The notes below the pieces were generated by a model. It saw only the letters and a program-made list of their open reading frames with translations, had not been told where the DNA came from and ran no database searches. A stretch of 64,000 nucleotides of DNA from Bacteroidales bacterium (GTDB lineage: Bacteria; Bacteroidota; Bacteroidia; Bacteroidales; WCHB1-69): assembly GCA_024685175.1 (NCBI GenBank), contig JAIKWD010000021.1:7192-71191 (forward strand). Reading direction: 5' to 3'. The position numbers were made by a program, and so were the translations under genes. Shown one piece after another: positions 1 through 8,133 of the stretch. Every line of letters starts with the position of its first letter. Positions within the stretch are counted from its first letter, which is position 1.

Positions 1-156
1 ATCTACAATCGCAATGCCAACTGGGTGAAGGCTATGCCCGATATCATGCGCCAGGCTCCCACCTTCTTCGCCGTCGGTGCCGCCCACCTTTGTGGCGACA
101 AGGGTGTGCTGCGGATGCTCGAGGAGGCTGGTTATAAGGTGGAAGGAGTGAAATGA
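1..156 (+). CDS. TraB/GumN family protein, C-terminal fragment (5' end outside window)
   Basis: Own translation of frame 1 gives ...QAPTFFAVGAAHLCGDKGVLRMLEEAGYKVEGVK*. The VGAAHL..G..GV...L...GY ending is typical of TraB/GumN proteins. Stop TGA at 154-156. Confidence 0.5.
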   Translation: MYNRNANWVKAMPDIMRQAPTFFAVGAAHLCGDKGVLRMLEEAGYKVEGVK

Positions 157-203
157 TTGTGAGAATGCTTGATTGCTTGATTGTTTAAGTGTGATTGTTT
201 GAG
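155..203. repeat. degenerate tandem 8-mers GATTGCTT/GATTGTTT
   Basis: gattgtgagaatgcttgattgcttgattgtttaagtgtgattgtttgag. This is the reverse complement of the AAGCAATC words at 5212-5247. Confidence 0.7.
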
Positions 204-204
204 T

Positions 205-720
205 ATGAATAAAAAAACTTGGAGAATAATAGGACGTTTTGCTCTGCTGATACTCATTCAGCTGCTGGTGCTCAACCAAGTGTACCTGGGTTCTTATGTG
301 ATGCCCATGCTCTATCTGTTGGCCATACTGATGTTGCCCACAGACACGAAACGTATACCGCTGCTGCTCATCGCTTTCGGCACAGGCCTTCTGTTGGATA
401 TTATGAATAACATGCTGGGATTCCATGCGTTGGCCTGTACGGTGGTGGCCATGATGCGCATCCTCTTCGCCGACCGTATTCTGACTCGTGGCGAACCAGT
501 GACGATTTCCATCCCCAGCATCTTTAGCGTCTCTCCCCAGTATTTTATCAGCTATCTGCTCATTCTTTTGGCCTCCTTCTATCTGGTGTTCTTCACCGTC
601 GAACTATTCGGATTCTACAGTTTCGGCAGCGTCATTATCGCCACCGTTGCCAGCACGATGGTCACAGCCCTGCTGGCAGTGCTCTATCAGTTCATTTTCC
701 TGAAGAAAGAAACCCTATGA
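205..720 (+). CDS. mreD: rod shape-determining protein MreD (polytopic membrane protein)
   Basis: ORF 181..720. The ATG at 205 gives MNKKTWRIIGRFALLILIQLLVLNQV..., about 5 hydrophobic helices and the size typical of Bacteroidota MreD. Its stop overlaps the next start (ATGA at 717-720). Confidence 0.55.
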   Translation: MNKKTWRIIGRFALLILIQLLVLNQVYLGSYVMPMLYLLAILMLPTDTKRIPLLLIAFGTGLLLDIMNNMLGFHALACTVVAMMRILFADRILTRGEPVTISIPSIFSVSPQYFISYLLILLASFYLVFFTVELFGFYSFGSVIIATVASTMVTALLAVLYQFIFLKKETL

Positions 721-3068
721 AAGTTATCAGTTGTCAGCGGTCGGTGGTCAGTTGCCTGCGCAGCATTGTCTGCGTCGGCATCATTTTCATTTTTCTTTTT
801 TCTTTTTTCAATTCCGCAACGGCCCAAACCGCCGTCGGTCATTGGCGCGACTGTCTCGACTACTCGTGGGTGAACCATGTGGCCCATGCCGGCGATTGCA
901 TCTATGCCGGCGCCCGTGATGGGGTCTTCTGCTATGATTTCGACGACAACACCCTCACACGTCTCTGCAAGGGCAACGGATTGAGCGATGTGGGCATCGC
1001 GGCGTTGGACTACGACCCAGTCACCAAATGCCTGGTGGTGGCCTACAACAACTCGAATGTCGACCTCGTTATTGACGGTCATACCTTCAACCTTTCCGAC
1101 ATCAAGCGCAGCGAGATTTCGGGCGACAAGAGCATCTACCACGTGCGTTTTGCCAACCGCCGGGCCTACCTCGCCACCGGATTCGGCGTGGTGGTGGTGA
1201 ACATTGACCGTCAGGAAATCAAAGAAACTTGGTATCTCGGAGCCGGCGGAGCCTATACCCCGGTCTATGATTTGGCTTTCCTGTCCGATAGCATCTATGC
1301 GGCCACTGGCGAAGGTCTCAAACGCCTGTCTCGCGGCGAGACGCATCCTGCCATCAGCGACCGTTGGAATATCGACCACCGCCTCGACGGGAAGAATGTC
1401 TTTGAAATGGCGACCGTCGGCAGCCATCTGCTGGCAGCCTGCCACACCTATATGCCCGACGTGGACGACATCTACCATAAAACCGACACAGGCTTTGTCA
1501 AGATATATTCCGGCGAGCTGAAGTCGCTTCATGCAGGCGGTGGCTATCTGGCCATCAGCGCCGACGGCGAAGTGAAGACCTATGATGCCGCGATGACCTA
1601 TCAGGGCGCAGTCGGTACCTACTATTGGGGTGCCCTCGTACCCAACGATGCCGTCTATGGCTCCGACGGCACACTCTGGGTGGCCCACCAGTGGGAGGGC
1701 ATCATAGGAATCCATAGGGATGGGGCGGAAGAATACCACTGCCCCGAGGGTCCTTCCTCGGCCGACAATACCTACCGTCTCGTGCCTTTCAACTACCGTA
1801 TGATGCTCTGTCCGGGAGGCCACACCTCGACCTATGCCAACGCCTATCTCACCCCCAATCTGTTCACCGCCGTGGGACGCCAGTGGAGTCTCCTCGACAA
1901 GAGCAACGGCATGCTCGACGGCATGTCCGACCTCGTCGATGTGGCCGTCAATCCCCGCGACACCCACGAGCTGGTGGCTGCCCTCTGGGGTTATGGGCTG
2001 GCTTCCATCCGCGACAACCAGGTGCAGACGTTTTATGATGCCTCCACCACTGGTGGCGCTCTGGTGCCCTACACTTCGGGCTCCTATAGCCGTCTGAACA
2101 CCGGCGCTGTGGCCTTCGACCGTCAGGGCGACCTGTGGGTGCTCAACTCCCACAGCACCCATGCCCTTGCCGTGCGCCGCACCGACGGCACCTGGGAGAA
2201 GTTCTCCACCCAAGCGATGGTGTCCACTCCCGAGGTCGACAAGCTCGTCTGCGACAGCATCACCGGCTTCAAGTGGTTCTGTGGCCGTAGCAACGTCATC
2301 TATGTCCACGACGGGAAGAACCTCATGGCCCGTGTGAACCCCAATAACGGCAGCAAACTCTCCACCGATGCCGTCACGGATCTCGTGCAGGATCAGAATG
2401 GCAACCTCTGGGTGGGCACCAATAAAGGCATCAAGGTTATCTACGACGGCTACAAGGCGTTCCAGAGTGGCGGCAACGGCGAGGTGTCGCCCGTCACCTG
2501 CAGCAATATCACCATCTCCAACGGCGAGTTTGCCGAATACCTCATGGCCTACGAGAGCATCACCGCCATCGTCGTCGACGGCGCCAACCGCAAATGGGTG
2601 GGCACCGCCAACGGCGGCCTCTACCTCATCTCCGCCAACGGCCTCGACCAGCTAGAGCACTTCACTGCGGCCAACAGCCCTCTGTTTTCCAACAAGGTGG
2701 TCTCCCTCGCCATCAACGAGCGCACCGGCGAGGTCTATGTCGGCACTGACTATGGCCTGCAGGTCTATCGCTCTACCGCTACCTACGCCGAGTCCTTCCC
2801 GCTCGACAATGTCTATGCTTTCCCCAACCCCGTGCGTCCCGACTACGACGGCCCCATCGCCATCAAGGGCTTCACCCGCAACGGCATCGTCCACATCACC
2901 GACGCCGCCGGACATACGGTCTATTCCACCACCGCCAATGGTGGTCAGGCCATCTGGAACGGCCGCACCCAGAGCGGCGAGCGCGTGGCCTCGGGAGTCT
3001 ACTATGTCTTCGCCTCCGACGCCCAAGGCAACAACCGCTCTGTCGCCAAAATCCTAATTGTGCGATAA
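717..3068 (+). CDS. porZ: PorZ-like T9SS protein: two beta-propeller (Reg_prop repeat) domains plus a C-terminal sorting domain
   Basis: 783 aa with a signal peptide ending ..NSATAQ. Repeated W-x-G-T-x-x-G-L motifs (NLWVGTNKGIKVI, RKWVGTANGGLYLI, EVYVGTDYGLQVY). C-terminal VYAFPNPVRPDYDGPIAIKGF...GVYYVFASDAQGNNRSVAKILIVR resembles the T9SS CTD. The size matches P. gingivalis PorZ (~776 aa). Confidence 0.6.
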   Translation: MKVISCQRSVVSCLRSIVCVGIIFIFLFSFFNSATAQTAVGHWRDCLDYSWVNHVAHAGDCIYAGARDGVFCYDFDDNTLTRLCKGNGLSDVGIAALDYDPVTKCLVVAYNNSNVDLVIDGHTFNLSDIKRSEISGDKSIYHVRFANRRAYLATGFGVVVVNIDRQEIKETWYLGAGGAYTPVYDLAFLSDSIYAATGEGLKRLSRGETHPAISDRWNIDHRLDGKNVFEMATVGSHLLAACHTYMPDVDDIYHKTDTGFVKIYSGELKSLHAGGGYLAISADGEVKTYDAAMTYQGAVGTYYWGALVPNDAVYGSDGTLWVAHQWEGIIGIHRDGAEEYHCPEGPSSADNTYRLVPFNYRMMLCPGGHTSTYANAYLTPNLFTAVGRQWSLLDKSNGMLDGMSDLVDVAVNPRDTHELVAALWGYGLASIRDNQVQTFYDASTTGGALVPYTSGSYSRLNTGAVAFDRQGDLWVLNSHSTHALAVRRTDGTWEKFSTQAMVSTPEVDKLVCDSITGFKWFCGRSNVIYVHDGKNLMARVNPNNGSKLSTDAVTDLVQDQNGNLWVGTNKGIKVIYDGYKAFQSGGNGEVSPVTCSNITISNGEFAEYLMAYESITAIVVDGANRKWVGTANGGLYLISANGLDQLEHFTAANSPLFSNKVVSLAINERTGEVYVGTDYGLQVYRSTATYAESFPLDNVYAFPNPVRPDYDGPIAIKGFTRNGIVHITDAAGHTVYSTTANGGQAIWNGRTQSGERVASGVYYVFASDAQGNNRSVAKILIVR

Positions 3069-3070
3069 TT

Positions 3071-3101
3071 ATACTAACACAATAACACATTAACGCATTA
3101 G
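3071..3101. repeat. ACACATTAACGCATTA-type word repeat (between porZ stop and recO)
   Basis: atactaacacaataacacattaacgcattag. The 18-nt aacacattaacgcattag is identical to 6862-6879. Confidence 0.8.
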
Positions 3102-3118
3102 TACATACTTCCGGCCTT

Positions 3119-3847
3119 GTGCTCCACACCACGCCCTACTCCGAGTCGTCGGTGGTGGCCAAGGTGTTCACGCGGCAACTGGGCGTGCGCTCCTATATTA
3201 TAAAGGGCGTTCGGGGTAGGGGAGGACGTGTGAAACAGAACCTCCTGCAACCTCTCTCCAGCCTCGATATGGTGGTGTATAATAATGAGAAAACCGACCT
3301 CAACTACATCAAGGAACTCTCCCTCCGCCAGTCATCAACGGTATCGTCCTTGCACTCCCTTGCACTCCCTTGCACTCCCTTGCACTCCCCAATAGAAAAC
3401 GCTCTCCGTTTCTTCATGACAGAGGTCCTCTACAAAGCCCTCCGCGAAGCGGAACCCATGCCCGCACTCTTCGACTATGTCGATGCAACAACTACCCACT
3501 ACCCACTACCCACTACCCACTTTCCGATAACTTTCCTCCTCACCGTCGCCCGTCACCTCGGCATCGAGCCCCTCGACAATCACTCCGTGCGTGAGCCCTA
3601 CTTCGACCTCCAGGAGGGCCGCTTCGTTTCCGCCCCCACCGAGACCACCCTCTCGCCATCCCTCTCCGAAAAACTCCACCAATATCTATTGTCCTTTCAC
3701 TCCCCTGCACTCCTCTGCACTCCCCTGCACTCCTCGCTCGACGAACGTACCGCCCTTATCAATGCCCTCCTCACCTATTATCACCTCCATCTCAGCGGCT
3801 TCTCCCATTTCCACAGCCACGAAATCCTTCACACGATCTTAAAATAA
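3119..3847 (+). CDS. recO: DNA repair protein RecO (GTG start; N-terminus apparently clipped; three in-frame tandem-repeat insertions)
   Basis: LHTTPYSESSVVAKVFTRQLGVRSYIIKGVRG...LDMVVY and ...ALRFFMTEVLYKALREAEP match conserved RecO blocks. In-frame upstream codons read H-I-N-A-L-V-H-T-S-G-L-V with no ATG. Confidence 0.8.
   Translation: MLHTTPYSESSVVAKVFTRQLGVRSYIIKGVRGRGGRVKQNLLQPLSSLDMVVYNNEKTDLNYIKELSLRQSSTVSSLHSLALPCTPLHSPIENALRFFMTEVLYKALREAEPMPALFDYVDATTTHYPLPTTHFPITFLLTVARHLGIEPLDNHSVREPYFDLQEGRFVSAPTETTLSPSLSEKLHQYLLSFHSPALLCTPLHSSLDERTALINALLTYYHLHLSGFSHFHSHEILHTILK
3348..3390. repeat. 10-nt tandem repeat TGCACTCCCT x4 inside recO
   Basis: Three perfect units plus one variant, translated SLHSLALPCTPLHSP. 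Confidence 0.9.
3491..3520. repeat. 7-nt tandem repeat ACTACCC x4 inside recO
   Basis: actacccactacccactacccactacccac, translated TTTHYPLPTTH. Confidence 0.9.
3697..3735. repeat. 10-nt tandem repeat TGCACTCC(C/T)C x4 inside recO
   Basis: tcactcccctgcactcctctgcactcccctgcactcctc, translated SFHSPALLCTPLHSS. Same word family as 3348-3390. Confidence 0.85.
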
Positions 3848-3864
3848 TTTAAAACCGAAACAAA

Positions 3865-6240
3865 ATGAAAAAACTCTCGTTTATCGCTTTAATAATTTTC
3901 AATTTTCAATTTTCAATTCTCAATTCCCAACAGGCCTACTGGGTCTTCCTTGCCGACAAGGCCGGCACCACCTTCGACCCCTACGCCTACTTCGACGCCA
4001 AAGCCATCGAGCGCTACCAGCAATGCGGTGCCGACCTCTACGACATCACCAACTACCCCGTCAGTGCCGCCTATGAGCAGGGAGTCAGCTCTTTGGCCAC
4101 TGAAGAAATCGGCGCCAGCCGCTGGATGAACGCCCTCGGCGTCATGGCCACCCCCGACCAGATTGCTGCCATCGAGGCTCTTCCCTATGTCCTTCGTGTC
4201 CAGCCTATTGCCGCCGACGGCCTCCAGCTCGCGTCAGCCACTCAGCCACTCAGCCACTCAGTCACTCAGTCACCCGAACTCCCCGGTCTCTTCGACATCG
4301 CCACCGTCGACGGCCCCATCGAGGCGCAGCTCGTCCGCATGGGCGGCCAGCATTTCCGCGACAAAGGCTTTGACGGCAAGGGTATCCGCATCGCCGTCTT
4401 CGACGGCGGTTTTCCGCAGGTCAACACCCACATGGCTTTCAAGCACCTCCGCGACAACCACCAGATTCTCAAGACCTGGAACTTCCCCAAGGACAAGGAA
4501 GATGTCTATGGCTGGGACTCCCACGGCACCATGACGCTCTCCTGCATCGCCGGCCGCATGGGCGACCGCGACCTCGGCCTCGCCACAGGCGCCGAGTTCC
4601 TCCTCGCCCGCACCGAGATCAACTCCGAGCCCTTCAAGGAAGAGGTCTGGTGGCAGATGGCCGTGGAATGGGCCGACCGCAACGGCGCCAATATCATCTC
4701 CTCCTCCCTCGGCTATGGCAAGGAGCACCACTATACCAAGGACATGGACGGCACCTCCTATGTGGCCAAAGCCGGCAATCTCGCCGCCCGTAAGGGTATG
4801 CTCGTCGTCAACAGCGCCGGCAACGAGGCCGACGACAAGCAGTGGAAGACCATCATCACCCCCGCCGACGCCGACAGCGTGCTCTGCGTGGGTGGCATCG
4901 AGAACAGCCTCACCGAGTACAACCACATCGAGTTCAGCTCCTTCGGCCCCTCTGCCGACGGCCGCCTGAAGCCCAATGTCTGCGCCTTCGGCTATGCCCG
5001 CACCGCCAATACCGGCAAGGACACCGCCTACCACTACGTCCACGGCACCTCCTTCTCCTGCCCCCTCGTGGCCGGCTTCGCCGCCTGCGCCTGGCAGGCC
5101 TCGCCCGGCAAGACCGCTATGGAGATGTTCCACCTCATCGAGCAGAGCGCCGACCTCTACCCCTATGCCGACTACTCCTTCGGCTATGGTGTCCCCCAGG
5201 CCGACTTCTTCACTCAGACAATCAAGCAATCAGGCAATCAAGCAACTCCCTCTTTCCACTTCGTCTCCGAGGCCGACACCATCCGCCTTGTTCCCACACG
5301 CCCCGTCAAGCGCTCCAACCTCTTCTACGCCTTCCGCCGTCCCGACGACCATCGCCTCACCTACTATGGGAAACTCGACATCGCCTATATGGACCAGGGC
5401 GACACCGTCACCTTCTCCAAGAATGCCCTCTTCAACCGCACCCTCATCATCCACCTCGACGGCTACACCGACAGCCTCATCCTCAGCCGCGACGAATATG
5501 TCAAATATCAGGGCTTGAGCGACTACACGTTCTGGCCCGAGGTCAGCGATGAGGCCATCACCGGTACCCTGACGGGCCGCAACGGCGACATCGTCACCTC
5601 CCAGTGGGGCAGCAACAACACCTGGCGCTGGAATGTCTACTTCGGCCTCGGCCTCCCCATCAAGATTGACGACGCCGAGCTCACCACCAACTTCTGGTCA
5701 CCCTCCACCACCTTCGGCATCCGCATCCTCCGTGCCTTCAGCAAGGCCTACTGCCTCGGTGTCAGCCTCGATTTCACCTCCTCCCACTACCGTTTCAACG
5801 ATGCTCGTGTCAACGACCTCGAAGGCACCCTCGGTATGACCCAGAACACCATCAACAATTACAAGGACATCGATACCCGCAAGGCCGTCGTCCGCGAATA
5901 TGGCCTCGAAATCTTCCAGCGTGTGCGTCTTGTTCCCGGCGGCATGATTGGCGGCAACGGCCTCCACTGGGACCTCGGCATCTACGGCAGCTTCGCCACC
6001 AACTCTTACACCTTCGAGGCCGACGTGCCCACTGCCGTCCCCTCAGAAGGGATTAACTACAACTACTCTAACCTCGACGCCCTCACCGACTACCGCTGGA
6101 ACTTCGGTGTCGTCACCCGCCTCGTCAACGACTGGTACGGCATCTATGTCCGCTACCGCCTCAACGGTCTCGGCTCCGACCCCGCCGTCGGCAAGGTCCT
6201 CCTCCCGCGCCTCACCGTCGGCCTCCTGCTCCAGCTCTGA
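3865..6240 (+). CDS. S8 family (subtilisin-like) serine peptidase with a large C-terminal domain
   Basis: Catalytic triad contexts are present: IAVFDGGF (Asp), WDSHGTMTLSCIAG (His), HGTSFSCPLVAGFAACAW (Ser). N-terminal signal peptide. The C-terminal ~300 aa are rich in alternating aromatic/Gly strands. Confidence 0.85.
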   Translation: MKKLSFIALIIFNFQFSILNSQQAYWVFLADKAGTTFDPYAYFDAKAIERYQQCGADLYDITNYPVSAAYEQGVSSLATEEIGASRWMNALGVMATPDQIAAIEALPYVLRVQPIAADGLQLASATQPLSHSVTQSPELPGLFDIATVDGPIEAQLVRMGGQHFRDKGFDGKGIRIAVFDGGFPQVNTHMAFKHLRDNHQILKTWNFPKDKEDVYGWDSHGTMTLSCIAGRMGDRDLGLATGAEFLLARTEINSEPFKEEVWWQMAVEWADRNGANIISSSLGYGKEHHYTKDMDGTSYVAKAGNLAARKGMLVVNSAGNEADDKQWKTIITPADADSVLCVGGIENSLTEYNHIEFSSFGPSADGRLKPNVCAFGYARTANTGKDTAYHYVHGTSFSCPLVAGFAACAWQASPGKTAMEMFHLIEQSADLYPYADYSFGYGVPQADFFTQTIKQSGNQATPSFHFVSEADTIRLVPTRPVKRSNLFYAFRRPDDHRLTYYGKLDIAYMDQGDTVTFSKNALFNRTLIIHLDGYTDSLILSRDEYVKYQGLSDYTFWPEVSDEAITGTLTGRNGDIVTSQWGSNNTWRWNVYFGLGLPIKIDDAELTTNFWSPSTTFGIRILRAFSKAYCLGVSLDFTSSHYRFNDARVNDLEGTLGMTQNTINNYKDIDTRKAVVREYGLEIFQRVRLVPGGMIGGNGLHWDLGIYGSFATNSYTFEADVPTAVPSEGINYNYSNLDALTDYRWNFGVVTRLVNDWYGIYVRYRLNGLGSDPAVGKVLLPRLTVGLLLQL
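3896..3927. repeat. 7-nt tandem repeat TTCAATT x4 encoding part of the S8 peptidase signal peptide
   Basis: ttttcaattttcaattttcaattctcaattcc, translated IIFNFQFSILNS. Confidence 0.85.
4235..4273. repeat. 8-nt tandem repeat CAGCCACT x3 + CAGTCACT x2 inside the S8 peptidase
   Basis: Translated ATQPLSHSVTQS. Confidence 0.9.
5212..5247. repeat. 8-nt tandem words CAATCA(A/G)G x3 inside the S8 peptidase
   Basis: actcagacaatcaagcaatcaggcaatcaagcaact, translated TQTIKQSGNQAT. Confidence 0.8.
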
Positions 6241-6267
6241 CCCCCGTTCCGGCAGTTCAGCTGTTGC

Positions 6268-6362
6268 TCTGTTCTTTCATTGTTCTTTCATTGTTCTTTC
6301 ATTGTTCTTCCATAAAAATGGTTAAACAATGGTTGAACAATGGTTAAACAATGGTAGAACAG
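6268..6362. repeat. two adjacent 11-nt tandem arrays, partly complementary to each other
   Basis: (gttctttcatt)x3-4, then (aaacaatggtt)x3. The CATTGTTC and GAACAATG cores can pair. Confidence 0.8.
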
Positions 6363-6403
6363 AGGGGTTTTGTATTTTTTTTTGCGGGGTCGGTTTTTTT
6401 TCG

Positions 6404-6411
6404 TATTTTTG
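6404..6411 (+). promoter_or_regulatory. Bacteroidota -7 promoter box TAnnTTTG (lipoprotein gene)
   Basis: TATTTTTG lies 35 nt upstream of the ATG at 6446. Confidence 0.45.
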
Positions 6412-6445
6412 CACCCGATTACAACAATAAAAAAATAAAAAGGAG

Positions 6446-6847
6446 ATGAAAACAGTTAGATTCTTGATTCCGGCACTTGCCGCTTGCTTGGCGGTTTTTG
6501 CCGCTTGCGGCGACAAGGACAACGATTATCGCGATGCGTGGGTGGGCACCTATGAGGGATATTACAATTTCCACTATTCCTCGGGGTCGGACCATCAGTT
6601 CGACACGGTATACACCGACGAGACGCTGACGGTCGCCAAGCAGGGCGACAAGGAACTGGTGGTTGGATTTATAGGCCAGAATTTCCCGGTGACCTGCACC
6701 CCTGAAGGCACGTTTGCCTCGACCACGGAGAATCCTCACAGCGAGTGGGGTGGAAGCATCAAGGGCGACAGCCTGTTCTTCACCTACTACGATGTCTCGC
6801 AAGGGCAATCTGTCACACGCCATTTTGTAGGAAGCAAAAAACACTAA
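6446..6847 (+). CDS. small lipoprotein, function unknown
   Basis: MKTVRFLIPALAACLAVFAACGDKDN has a lipobox-like signal peptide with Cys. TAnnTTTG box upstream at 6404-6411. Confidence 0.6.
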   Translation: MKTVRFLIPALAACLAVFAACGDKDNDYRDAWVGTYEGYYNFHYSSGSDHQFDTVYTDETLTVAKQGDKELVVGFIGQNFPVTCTPEGTFASTTENPHSEWGGSIKGDSLFFTYYDVSQGQSVTRHFVGSKKH

Positions 6848-6879
6848 CACATTAACGCATTAACACATTAACGCATTAG
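6846..6879. repeat. 16-nt tandem repeat AACACATTAACGCATT x2
   Basis: Between the lipoprotein stop and the hutU fragment start. Same word as 3084-3101. Confidence 0.85.
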
Positions 6880-6884
6880 ATAAT

Positions 6885-7481
6885 ATGACACTCGAAGAAT
6901 TCCAGAATGAATTGCGCCTCGGTATCCCCGATCCGCTGCCCGAACCCCAACCTTATGACCCCACAGTGAACCACGCTCCCAAGCGCAAGGATATCCTGAC
7001 GCCTGCCGAGAAGAAGCTGGCCATCCGCAACGCCCTGCGCTACTTCCCCGCCAAGCACCACAAGATGCTGGCCAAGGAGTTCGCCGAGGAGCTGCAGAAG
7101 TACGGCCGCATCTATATGTACCGTCTGCGCCCGACCTACAAGATGTACGCCCGCCCCATCGACGAGTATCCCGCCAAGTGCCGTCAGGCTGCCGCCATCA
7201 TGCTGATGATTCAGAACAACCTCGACCCCGCTGTGGCGCAGCATCCGCACGAGCTCATCACCTACGGCGGCAACGGCGCCGTGTTCCAGAACTGGGCCCA
7301 GTATCGCCTGGTGATGAAATACCTCAGCGAGATGACCGACGAGCAGACGCTGGTGATGTACAGCGGCCACCCCATGGGACTCTATCCCAGCCACAAGGAC
7401 GCGCCGCGCGTGGTGGTGACCAACGGCATGATGATTCCGAACTACTCGAAGCCCGACGACTGGGAGCGCTACAACGCCCTG
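6885..7481 (+). pseudogene. hutU: urocanate hydratase (hutU) 5' fragment, ~199 codons, truncated at the junction with an inverted second copy
   Basis: MTLEEFQNELRLGIPDPLPEPQPYDPTVNHAPKRKDILT...ITYGGNGAVFQNWAQYRLVMKYL...SGHPMGLYPSHKDAPRVVVTNGMMIPNYSKPDDWERYNAL is the HutU N-terminal region. Full-length HutU is about three times longer. After 7481 the frame reads the antisense of the other copy. Confidence 0.8.
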
Positions 7482-8096
7482 GCCGTACTGGCTCACGCCG
7501 AGGGCGTTCATCCGCTCCCAATCGTCCGGCTTGGAGTAGTTGGGGATGACCATACCGTTGGTGACCACCACGCGCGGGGCGTCCTTGTGGGACGGAAACA
7601 GCCCAAGCGGATGGCCGGAGTACATCACGAGCGTCTGCTCGTCGGTCATCTCCGACAGGTATTTCATCACCAAGCGGTACTGGGCCCAGTTCTGGAACAC
7701 GGCGCCGTTGCCACCGTAGGTGATCAACTCGTGCGGATGTTGGGCCACAGCGGGGTCCAGGTTGTTCTGGATCATTAGCATAATGGCGGCCGCTTGTCTG
7801 CACTTGGCGGGATACGCGTCAATGGGACGGGCGTACATCTCGTAGTCGGGACGATAGCGGTACATATAGATGCGGCCGTAGTCGTGCAACTCCTTCACAA
7901 ACTCGGGAGCGAGCTGGGCGTGCAACGACGGGTCGAAATAGCGAAGCGCGTTGCGCAAGGCAAGTTGCTTCTCTTTTTTTGTTAATATGTCTTTGCGCTT
8001 GGGCGCGTGGTTGACGGTCGGGTCGTAGGGCTTTGCCTGCGGCAAGGTGCTGGGAATGCCTCTCTTAAGGTCTTCTTGAAATTCTTGCAGTGTCAT
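7479..8096 (-). pseudogene. hutU: urocanate hydratase (hutU) 5' fragment, ~206 codons, convergent with and abutting the + strand copy
   Basis: From the ATG at 8096 (complement): MTLQEFQEDLKRGIPSTLPQAKPYDPTVNHAPKRKDILT...NYSKPDDWERMNALGVSQYGQ. HutU similarity then stops. It has its own TAnnTTTG box (complement of 8134-8141). Confidence 0.8.
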
Positions 8097-8133
8097 ATTT
8101 TTATTATTCTTAATAATTTTAAAAGACAGGCTG

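Noticed and set aside
687-2309. 540-aa minus-strand ORF
   Set aside because: It is antisense to the well-supported porZ-like gene. It has a Gly/Ala/Val/His-rich low-complexity composition typical of shadow ORFs in GC-rich coding DNA, and no motif.
3348-6362. Short repeat arrays as a possible CRISPR locus
   Set aside because: The units are 7-16 nt and directly tandem, with no unique spacers. No cas genes are present in the window.
6375-6401. T9 and T8 homopolymer tracts in the lipoprotein promoter region as phase-variation switches
   Set aside because: This is plausible, but such T-runs are common in AT-rich Bacteroidota promoters. Nothing in the sequence alone separates these from background.
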